From NCBI GenBank assembly GCA_044892505.1, contig CM097882.1:34906001-34970000 (forward strand): a stretch of DNA of 64,000 nt. The letters are read 5' to 3'. The DNA comes from Schmidtea nova (Eukaryota). Each line of letters starts with the position of its first letter. Within the stretch, counting starts at the first letter, position 1. Shown here one piece after another: positions 56,001-64,000 of the stretch. The notes below the pieces were generated by a model, which saw nothing but the letters and a program-made list of their open reading frames with translations, was not told the DNA's origin and did no database searches. The position numbers and the translations under genes were made by a program.

Positions 56001-59000
56001 TATCATATTATTCTTGAATTTTTGAAAAACGTATCATTTAATGTCTTGTATTATTCATAAAATATTAATGTGTAAAAATGTAATACTAATTCCATTCAAT
56101 AAAGTACAGAATTAAATAGAGTCTTTGTAACTCATGAGGTTGGTTTATGATAATTTGTATTAAAGAAAAAACGTTGTTAAACACAATTATAAATTATATA
56201 GCATTCGACAGTAATTGTCTTTCGTGAATATATTTTGACAATATATTATTTTTATAGCCTTTTAGTAATTATAAAACAAACGTAGAAATTATTTACTAGA
56301 TTTTAAATTGTAATATAAAATCCAGTATATTTGGTTTTGAAAATAATAACATATTTAAACAATAATCACAATCTTGGAATATTAATTCGCTTATTCGTTA
56401 TAAATACTTTTTTAGACTATTGTCTTAATTTTAAACAGTATGATTTGATTGTATATATTCTATCAAGTTAAATTGATTTATTTGAATAATAATAAATTTA
56501 AATATTATTCCAACTTGAAAATCATGTATGTACGTTTGCCTATCTAGTAAAACATACAAGCTTATAATGTAATGCTCACTTTAAAGTGAAGTTGATTGTG
56601 CTAAATAATGATATCTTAATTTTTGTTGCAATAGAAAAAATCAAATGATTTATTTATCTTATTGAAATTTTGACAGAAAATTGATCGCGCAAAAATGATA
56701 CATTACATTTGCCGTTTCAAAATCTTTTCAAATATATTTGCTTTGCTACTTATAATTAATTATATTTAGTTAGTTAATTTAATTTATTTTAGCCAACCTA
56801 ACATATACTGTTACTATTACTCCTCAGTCAAGTACTCTAAGCTTTCTAGAAAATGATTCGATAGAATGCCAAATCGTACCGGTGCCTAATACAAACACCA
56901 GTCAAATCGCCTTTTTCTTGACGAATATAAAATCAGACTATTATTTTAGAAACGATCTGATTATTCATATCAAGCCTAAAAAAGAATTGGTAAATACTCC
57001 TATTTGTGCTGTTTGTGGTAATATAGCAAACATGAACGCTACTCAATGCTATACTTTGATAGGTGAGTATGCATTGTTTTTTTGAAATTTATATATCTTT
57101 AATTATATCTTAAATACTTTTCAATTCATTATTTCACTCAACGTTCACTCAGTAAATTCGTTCAAGTCAGTCAGGTATTTCTAATTTCTTTTCCAACAAA
57201 GGAAAACGTATTAGGTTGGACTAAAAATAATTGCCGTTTTTAAATATAAATTATAAAACTTTGTATCTCAGGTTAGAATATGGTTTGTCAATAGAAATAA
57301 AAATCATTCGAATCTACGCATTTTGCAAACAAGAAACAAGTTTACTTATTTCTTTAGCATAAAATTCTTGAGTTCTGGAATCAATGAATTCTTCGAAGGC
57401 TATTTTAGCTTCTGTTTGATTTTTTTCAAACATTCTCTTGTATGAAGAGTTCGATATGCTTGCAAAATTTGTTAGTCAGTTTTGGAGAGCTCTAGACAGA
57501 GAGCTGAAGAGGTAGACTTTTGAAGCCCAGTTCGTTCAATTTCTGAAGAGTCACTTTTGCCACATGCGGTCGAGTGTTGTCATAGAGAAGTATCGGTCAT
57601 TTTCGATTGACTAATGATTGAAGTAAACGCTGAAATTCTTGGTGTATTTTGTCAATTTCATGGCAATGTACTTCGTTGCTGTTATAATTTCGTCAGAATC
57701 AAAGTAGTTGTGGAATATTAATCATCTTGCTGACCACCAAACATTGACCATAACCTTATATTGATGAAGATTTTGTAGTGGGAAAGGTTTTAGAGCTTTA
57801 TCTACGCTGAGTCTCTGCAAGGAACGACGACCCTTGTCGCAGAGAATCGATGTTTCGTCACATGTCACACTACGAAAGAGAAATTATTGGTTTTGTTGCG
57901 CAAAAGACCAGAGCAGACTTCTTAACGACGAAACCTTTGATTTTCGAATAATTCGTGCGACACCCATTCGTCGAGCTTTTTCGATTTTCCAATTTAATGT
58001 TAATGTCGAAAAATTATTAAATGACACACGTTCAGTTCTTATGAATGTTCTCGAGTTGTTTTGCGTAAGTCTGCTTCAATAATTTCCATCAATAAGTCGC
58101 CCACTATCGCAAAAGGACGTCTGCAATCTCAATATCTATCAAGGCTCTCATCTTTACTACGACATCTTTGGATCAAATGCCGAGCTGTACGTTCATTGAT
58201 CGACTCCTGGCTAAATGCTTGGAATATATTGTGAGAGGTTTCAGATGCATTATGGCCTAGTTTAAACTCTTACAATAAAATCGATCGAATTTGCACTTTT
58301 CTGTCTTTAATTAAAATAGAAAATATTTAACAAAAAATTTAATATATATAAAAAGAGGATTTTTAAATAAATAATCATATTAATATAATAACATTGATAA
58401 AAAAATAGGGTGTCAAAGTGAAAACGAATAAAAACGGTATTTATTTTTGTCCAACTTAATACTTTGCTATTATTCTTTACTTTCATTATAATTGTCAATC
58501 CTATCATATTATTCTTGAATTTTTGAAAAACGTATCATTTAATGTCTTGTATTATTCATAAAATATTAATGTGTAAAAATGTAATACTAATTCCATTCAA
58601 TAAAGTACAGAATTAAATAGAGTCTTTGTAACTCATGAGGTTGGTTTATGATAATTTGTATTAAAGAAAAAACGTTGTTAAACACAATTATAAATTATAT
58701 AGCATTCAACAGTAATTGTCTTTCGTGAATATATTTTGACAATATATTATTTTTATAGCCTTTTAGTAATTATAAAACAAACGTAGAAATTATTTACTAG
58801 ATTTTAAATTGTAATATAAAATCCAGTATATTTGGTTTTGAAAATAATAACATATTTAAACAATAATCACAATCTTGGAATATTAATTCGCTTATTCGTT
58901 ATAAATACTTTTTTAGACTATTGTCTTAATTTTAAACAGTATGATTTGATTGTATATATTCTATCAAGTTAAATTGATTTATTTGAATAATAATAAATTT

Positions 59001-62000
59001 AAATATTATTCCAACTTGAAAATCATGTATGTACGTTTGCCTATCTAGTTAAACATACAAGCTTATAATGTAATGCTCACTTTAAAGTGAAGTTGATTGT
59101 GCTAAATAATGATATCTTAATTTTTGTTGCAATAGAAAAAATCAAATGATTTATTTATCTTATTGAAATTTTGACAGAAAATTGATCGCGCAAAAATGAT
59201 ACATTACATTTGCCGTTTCAAAATCTTTTCAAATATATTTGCTTTGCTACTTATAATTAATTATATTTAGTTAGTTAATTTAATTTATTTTAGCCAACCT
59301 AACATATACTGTTACTATTACTCCTCAGTCAAGTACTCTAAGCTTTCTAGAAAATGATTCGATAGAATGCCAAATCGTACCGGTGCCTAATACAAACACC
59401 AGTCAAATCGCCTTTTTCTTGACGAATATAAAATCAGACTATTATTTTAGAAACGATCTGATTATTCATATCAAGCCTAAAAAAGAATTGGTAAATACTC
59501 CTATTTGTGCTGTTTGTGGTAATATAGCAAACATGAACGCTACTCAATGCTATACTTTGATAGGTGAGTATGCATTGTTTTTTTGAAATTTATATATCTT
59601 TAATTATATCTCAAATACTTTTCAATTCATTATTTAACTCAACGTTCACTCAGTAAATTCGTTCAAGTCAGTCAGGTATTTCTAATTTCTTTTCCAACAA
59701 AGGAAAACGTATTAGGTTGGACTAAAAATAATTGCCGTTTTTAAATATAAATTATAAAACTTTGTATCTCAGGTTAGAATATGGTTTGTCAATAGAAATA
59801 AAAATCATTCGAATCTACGCATTTTGCAAACAAGAAACAAGTTTACTTATTTCTTTAGCATAAAATTCTTGAGTTCTGGAATCAATGAATTCTTCGAAGG
59901 CTATTTTAGCTTCTGTTTGATTTTTTTCAAACATTCTCTTGTATGAAGAGTTCGATATGCTTGCAAAATTTGTTAGTCAGTTTTGGAGAGCTCTAGACAG
60001 AGAGCTGAAGAGGTAGAGTTTTGAAGCCCAGTTCGTTCAATTTCTGAAGAGTCACTTTTGCCACATGCGGTCGAGTGTTGTCATAGAGAAGTATCGGTCA
60101 TTTTCGATTGACTAATGATTGAAGTAAACGCTGAAATTCTTGGTGTATTTTGTCAATTTCATGGCAATGTACTTCGTTGCTGTTATAATTTCGTCAGAAT
60201 CAAAGTAGTTGTGGAATATTAATCATCTTGCTGACCACCAAACATTGACCATAACCTTATATTGATGAAGATTTTGTAGTGGGAAAGGTTTTGGAGCTTT
60301 ATCTACGCTGAGTCTCTGCAAGGAACGACGACCCTTGTCGCAGAGAATCGATGTTTCGTCACATGTCACACTACGAAAGAGAAATTATTGGTTTTGTTGC
60401 GCAAAAGACCAGAGCAGACTTCCTAACGACGAAACCTTTGATTTTCGAATAATTCGTGCGACACCCATTCGTCGAGCTTTTTCGATTTTCCAATTTAATG
60501 TTAATGTCGAAAAATTGTTAAATGACACACGTTCAGTTCTTATGAATGTTCTCGAGTTGTTTTGCGTAAGTCTGCTTCAATAATTTCCATCAATAAGTCG
60601 CCCACTATCGCAAAAGGACGTCTGAAATCTCAATATCTATCAAGGCTCTCATCTTTACTACGACATCTTTGGATCAAATGCCGAGCTGTACGTTCATTGA
60701 TCGACTCCTGGCTAAATGCTTGGATGATATTGCGAGAGGTTTCAGATGCATTATGGCCTAGTTTAAACTCTTACAATAAAATCGATCGAATTTGCACTTT
60801 TCTGTCTTTAATTAAAATAGAAAATATTTAACAAAAAATTTAATATATATAAAAAGAGGATTTTTAAATAAATAATCATATTAATATAATAACATTGATA
60901 AGAAAATAGGGTGTCAAAGTGAAAACGAATAAAAACGGTATTTATTTTTGTCAAACTTAATACTTTGCTATTATTCTTTACTTTCATTATAATTGTCAAT
61001 CCTATCATTTTATTCTTGAATTTTTGAAAAACGTATCATTTAATGTCTTGTATTATTCATAAAATATTAATGTGTAAAAATGTAATACTAATTCCATTCA
61101 ATAAAGTACAGAATTAAATAGAGTCTTTGTAACTCATGAGGTTGGTTTATGATAATTTGTAATAAAGAAAAAACGTTGTTAAACACAATTATAAATTATA
61201 TAGCATTCAACAGTAATTGTCTTTCGTGAATATATTTTGACAATATATTATTTTTATAGCCTTTTAGTAATTATAAAACAAACGTAGAAATTATCTACTA
61301 GATTTTAAATTGTAATATAAAATCCAGTATATTTGGTTTTGAAAATAATAACATATTTAAACAATAATCACAATCTTGGAATATTAATTCGCTTATTCGT
61401 TATAAATACTTTTTTAGACTATTGTCTTAATTTTAAACAGTATGATTTGATTGTATATATTCTATTAAGTTAAATTGATTTATTTGAATAATAATAAATT
61501 TAAATATTATTCCAAATTGAAAATCATGTATGTACGTTTGCCTATCTAGTAAAACATACAAGCTTATAATGTAATGCTCACTTGAAAGTGAAGTTGATCG
61601 TGCTAAATAATGATATCTTAATTTTTGTTGCAATAGAAAAAATCAAATGATTTATTTATCTTATTGAAATTTTGACAGAAAATTGATCGCGCAAAAATGA
61701 TACATTACATTTGCCGTTTCAAAATCTTTTCAAATATATTTGCTTTGCTACTTATAATTAATTATATTTAGTTAGTTAATTTAATTTATTTTAGCCAACC
61801 TAACATATACTGTTACTATTACTCCTCAGTCAAGTACTCTAAGCTTTCTAGAAAATGATTCGATAGAATGCCAAATCGTACCGGTGCCTAATACAAACAC
61901 CAGTCAAATCGCCTTTTTCTTGACGAATATAAAATCAGACTATTATTTTAGAAACGATCTGATTATTCATATCAAGCCTAAAAAAGAATTGGTAAATACT

Positions 62001-62064
62001 CATATTTGTGCTGTTTGTGGTAATATAGCAAACATGAACGCTACTCAATGCTATACTTTGATAG
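1784..62064 (+). CDS. Putative spliced internal CDS: 25 tandem 270 bp phase 1-1 exons giving 25 x 90 aa (2,250 aa) of a poly-domain, probably Ig-like, extracellular protein; start and stop lie outside the window
   Basis: Every copy has an AG acceptor, 270 stop-free bases and a GTGAGT donor. Joining ATA G|CC AAC keeps the frame. Repeat translation: ANLTYTVTITPQSSTLSFLENDSIECQIVPVPNTNTSQIAFFLTNIKSDYYFRNDLIIHIKPKKELVNTPICAVCGNIANMNATQCYTLI. No transcript evidence is available. Confidence 0.7.
2051..2059 (+). promoter_or_regulatory. 5' splice donor (representative; present in every unit)
   Basis: TAG|GTGAGT matches the U2-type donor consensus AG|GTRAGT. Confidence 0.8.
2202..2229 (+). repeat. 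Mariner 3' TIR (representative; present in every unit)
   Basis: TA (2200-2201) precedes TTAGGTTGGACTAAAAATAATTGCCGTT, which resembles the Hsmar1 TIR TTAGGTTGGTGCAAAAGTAATTGCGGTT as I recall it. Confidence 0.93.
2279..3302 (-). pseudogene. Mariner DDD transposase pseudogene (representative; same lesions in all copies)
   Basis: Recognisable motifs: EFKLGHNASETSRNI; IIEADLRKTTRE; IGKSKKLDEWVSHEL (WVPHEL); VTCDE (first D); LHQYKVMVNVWWSA; ILLYDNARPH (second D); LQKLNELGFKTLP; AFEEFIDSRTQEFY; QKCVDSN. The probable start codon reads ATT, YSPDL is destroyed, and there are at least 8 in-frame stops plus several frameshifts. Confidence 0.95.
4284..4553 (+). CDS. Exon copy 2
   Basis: Same AG/GTGAGT boundaries, open frame. 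Confidence 0.75.
4702..5950 (-). mobile_element. Decayed mariner copy 2
   Basis: Copy of 2202-3450. Confidence 0.95.
6785..7054 (+). CDS. Exon copy 3
   Basis: Same boundaries, open frame. Confidence 0.75.
7203..8451 (-). mobile_element. Decayed mariner copy 3
   Basis: Copy of 2202-3450. Confidence 0.95.
9286..9555 (+). CDS. Exon copy 4
   Basis: Same boundaries, open frame. Confidence 0.75.
9704..10952 (-). mobile_element. Decayed mariner copy 4
   Basis: Copy of 2202-3450. Confidence 0.95.
11786..12055 (+). CDS. Exon copy 5
   Basis: Same boundaries, open frame. Confidence 0.75.
12204..13452 (-). mobile_element. Decayed mariner copy 5
   Basis: Copy of 2202-3450. Confidence 0.95.
14286..14555 (+). 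CDS. Exon copy 6
   Basis: Same boundaries, open frame. Confidence 0.75.
14704..15952 (-). mobile_element. Decayed mariner copy 6
   Basis: Copy of 2202-3450. Confidence 0.95.
16786..17055 (+). CDS. Exon copy 7
   Basis: Same boundaries, open frame. Confidence 0.75.
17204..18452 (-). mobile_element. Decayed mariner copy 7
   Basis: Copy of 2202-3450. Confidence 0.95.
19286..19555 (+). CDS. Exon copy 8
   Basis: Same boundaries, open frame. Confidence 0.75.
19704..20952 (-). mobile_element. Decayed mariner copy 8
   Basis: Copy of 2202-3450. Confidence 0.95.
21787..22056 (+). CDS. Exon copy 9
   Basis: Same boundaries, open frame. Confidence 0.75.
22205..23453 (-). mobile_element. Decayed mariner copy 9
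   Basis: Copy of 2202-3450. Confidence 0.95.
24288..24557 (+). CDS. Exon copy 10
   Basis: Same boundaries, open frame. Confidence 0.75.
24706..25954 (-). mobile_element. Decayed mariner copy 10
   Basis: Copy of 2202-3450. Confidence 0.95.
26789..27058 (+). CDS. Exon copy 11
   Basis: Same boundaries, open frame. Confidence 0.75.
27207..28455 (-). mobile_element. Decayed mariner copy 11
   Basis: Copy of 2202-3450. Confidence 0.95.
29290..29559 (+). CDS. Exon copy 12 (Q38R, N80K)
   Basis: Same boundaries, open frame; private A>G at 29401 and C>A at 29528. Confidence 0.75.
29708..30956 (-). mobile_element. Decayed mariner copy 12 (first copy of the right-hand lineage)
   Basis: Copy of 2202-3450 with diagnostic SNPs at 29981, 30072, 30102 and 30427. 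Confidence 0.95.
31789..32058 (+). CDS. Exon copy 13
   Basis: Same boundaries, open frame. Confidence 0.75.
32207..33455 (-). mobile_element. Decayed mariner copy 13
   Basis: Copy of 2202-3450. Confidence 0.95.
34288..34557 (+). CDS. Exon copy 14
   Basis: Same boundaries, open frame. Confidence 0.75.
34706..35954 (-). mobile_element. Decayed mariner copy 14
   Basis: Copy of 2202-3450. Confidence 0.95.
36787..37056 (+). CDS. Exon copy 15
   Basis: Same boundaries, open frame. Confidence 0.75.
37205..38453 (-). mobile_element. Decayed mariner copy 15
   Basis: Copy of 2202-3450. Confidence 0.95.
39286..39555 (+). CDS. Exon copy 16
   Basis: Same boundaries, open frame. Confidence 0.75.
39704..40952 (-). 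mobile_element. Decayed mariner copy 16
   Basis: Copy of 2202-3450. Confidence 0.95.
41787..42056 (+). CDS. Exon copy 17 (V7I, P70L)
   Basis: Same boundaries, open frame; G>A at 41804 and C>T at 41994. Confidence 0.75.
42205..43453 (-). mobile_element. Decayed mariner copy 17
   Basis: Copy of 2202-3450. Confidence 0.95.
44288..44557 (+). CDS. Exon copy 18 (V7I)
   Basis: Same boundaries, open frame. Confidence 0.75.
44706..45954 (-). mobile_element. Decayed mariner copy 18
   Basis: Copy of 2202-3450. Confidence 0.95.
46789..47058 (+). CDS. Exon copy 19 (V7I)
   Basis: Same boundaries, open frame. Confidence 0.75.
47207..48455 (-). mobile_element. Decayed mariner copy 19
   Basis: Copy of 2202-3450. 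Confidence 0.95.
49290..49559 (+). CDS. Exon copy 20 (V7I)
   Basis: Same boundaries, open frame. Confidence 0.75.
49708..50956 (-). mobile_element. Decayed mariner copy 20
   Basis: Copy of 2202-3450. Confidence 0.95.
51791..52060 (+). CDS. Exon copy 21
   Basis: Same boundaries, open frame. Confidence 0.75.
52209..53457 (-). mobile_element. Decayed mariner copy 21
   Basis: Copy of 2202-3450. Confidence 0.95.
54292..54561 (+). CDS. Exon copy 22
   Basis: Same boundaries, open frame. Confidence 0.75.
54710..55958 (-). mobile_element. Decayed mariner copy 22
   Basis: Copy of 2202-3450. Confidence 0.95.
56793..57062 (+). CDS. Exon copy 23
   Basis: Same boundaries, open frame. Confidence 0.75.
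57211..58459 (-). mobile_element. Decayed mariner copy 23
   Basis: Copy of 2202-3450. Confidence 0.95.
59294..59563 (+). CDS. Exon copy 24
   Basis: Same boundaries, open frame. Confidence 0.75.
59712..60960 (-). mobile_element. Decayed mariner copy 24 (divergent/mosaic)
   Basis: Copy of 2202-3450 with private SNPs, including C>A at 60953 inside the TIR. Confidence 0.95.
61795..62064 (+). CDS. Exon copy 25 (P70H)
   Basis: Same boundaries, open frame; C>A at 62002. Confidence 0.75.
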
Positions 62065-62212
62065 GTGAGTATGCATTGTTTTTTTGAAATTTATATATCT
62101 TTAATTATATCTCAAATACTTTTCAATTCATTATTTCACTCAACGTTCACTCAGTAAATTCGTTCAAGTCAGTCAGGTATTTCTAATTTCTTTTCCAACA
62201 AAGGAAAACGTA

Positions 62213-63461
62213 TTAGGTTGGACTAAAAATAATTGCCGTTTTTAAATATAAATTATAAAACTTTGTATCTCAGGTTAGAATATGGTTTGTCAATAGAAAT
62301 AAAAATCATTCGAATCTACGCATTTTGCAAACAAGAAACAAGTTTACTTATTTCTTTAGCATAAAATTCTTGAGTTCTGGAATCAATGAATTCTTCGAAG
62401 GCTATTTTAGCTTCTGTTTGATTTTTTTCAAACATTCTCTTGTATGAAGAGTTCGATATGCTTGCAAAATTTGTTAGTCAGTTTTGGAGAGCTCTACTAA
62501 GAGAGCTGAAGAGGTAGACTTTTGAAGCCCAGTTCGTTCAATTTCTGAAGAGTCACTTTTGCCACATGCGGTCGAGTGTTGTCATAGAGAAGTATCGGTC
62601 ATTTTCGATTGACTAATGATTGAAGTAAACGCTGAAATTCTTGGTGTATTTTGTCAATTTCATGGCAATGTACTTCGTTGCTGTTATAATTTCGTCAGAA
62701 TCAAAGTAGTTGTGGAATATTAATCATCTTGCTGACCACCAAACATTGACCATAACCTTATATTGATGAAGATTTTGTAGTGGGAAAGGTTTTAGAGCTT
62801 TATCTACGCTGAGTCTCTGCAAGGAACGACGACCCTTGTCGCAGAGAATCGATGTTTCGTCACATGTCACACTACGAAAGAGAAATTATTGGTTTTGTTG
62901 CGCAAAAGACCAGAGCAGACTTCTTAACGACGAAACCTTTGATTTTCGAATAATTCGTGCGACACCCATTCGTCGAGCTTTTTCGATTTTCCAATTTAAT
63001 GTTAATGTCGAAAAATTATTAAATGACACACGTTCAGTTCTTATGAATGTTCTCGAGTTGTTTTGCGTAAGTCTGCTTCAATAATTTCCATCAATAAGTC
63101 GCCCACTATCGCAAAAGGACGTCTGCAATCTCAATATCTATCAAGGCTCTCATCTTTACTACGACATCTTTGGATCAAATGCCGAGCTGTACGTTCATTG
63201 ATCGACTCCTGGCTAAATGCTTGGAATATATTGTGAGAGGTTTCAGATGCATTATGGCCTAGTTTAAACTCTTACAATAAAATCGATCGAATTTGCACTT
63301 TTCTGTCTTTAATTAAAATAGAAAATATTTAACAAAAAATTTAATATATATAAAAAGAGGATTTTTAAATAAATAATCATATTAATATAATAACATTGAT
63401 AAAAAAATAGGGTGTCAAAGTGAAAACGAATAAAAACGGTATTTATTTTTGTCCAACTTAA
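62213..63461 (-). mobile_element. Decayed mariner copy 25
   Basis: Copy of 2202-3450. Confidence 0.95.
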
Positions 63462-64000
63462 TACTTTGCTATTATTCTTTACTTTCATTATAATTGTCAA
63501 TCCTATCATATTATTCTTGAATTTTTGAAAAACGTATCATTTAATGTCTTGTATTATTCATAAAATATTAATGTGTAAAAATGTAATACTAATTCCATTC
63601 AATAAAGTACAGAATTAAATAGAGTCTTTGTAACTCATGAGGTTGGTTTATGATAATTTGTATTAAAGAAAAAACGTTGTTAAACACAATTATAAATTAT
63701 ATAGCATTCAACAGTAATTGTCTTTCGTGAATATATTTTGACAATATATTATTTTTATAGCCTTTTAGTAATTATAAAACAAACGTAGAAATTATTTACT
63801 AGATTTTAAATTGTAATATAAAATCCAGTATATTTGGTTTTGAAAATAATAACATATTTAAACAATAATCACAATCTTGGAATATTAATTCGCTTATTCG
63901 TTATAAATACTTTTTTAGACTATTGTCTTAATTTTAAACAGTATGATTTGATTGTATATATTCTATCAAGTTAAATTGATTTATTTGAATAATAATAAAT

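Larger units (their letters stand above)
1..64000. repeat. Tandem macro-repeat array, ~25.6 units of 2,499-2,501 bp (unit = decayed mariner + intron flanks + 270 bp exon); runs off both window ends
   Basis: Position 1 (ggtagagttttgaagccc) recurs at 2502, 5003, 7504 and onward. ORF-track landmarks recur every 2499-2501 bp (1873, 4373, 6874 ... 61884). Copies differ by scattered SNPs and three small indel alleles. Confidence 0.99.

Noticed and set aside
1-64000. CRISPR array, rDNA or histone repeat, active transposase, prokaryotic operon
   Set aside because: There is no short repeat/unique spacer structure, no rRNA, tRNA or histone similarity that I can recognise, and no intact transposase copy.

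Overview
The whole window is one head-to-tail tandem array: about 25.6 copies of a 2,499-2,501 bp unit, roughly 99% or more identical by eye, from AT-rich eukaryotic DNA. Each unit has two parts. (1) A full-length but long-dead 1,249 bp mariner DNA transposon on the minus strand. It resembles Hsmar1/cecropia-subfamily elements, has imperfect ~28 bp TIRs and TA flanks, and its transposase carries many stops and frameshifts. (2) A hidden 270 bp stop-free, GC-elevated segment on the plus strand, bounded by ...ttattttAG and AG|GTGAGT splice signals. It is phase 1 at both ends and encodes a 90-aa, 4-Cys, 4-sequon, probably Ig-like beta-sandwich domain. The ORF track shows only the 3' two-thirds of it. 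The best reading is the interior of a very large gene whose single symmetric domain exon, together with its mariner-bearing intron, was amplified at least 25 times. Spliced, this gives an uninterrupted poly-domain ORF of at least 2,250 aa. Copy-specific variants form nested blocks, with a major lineage boundary near 29.98 kb and a mosaic outlier copy at about 60-62 kb. Expression, fold, host species and array ends cannot be determined from this window.
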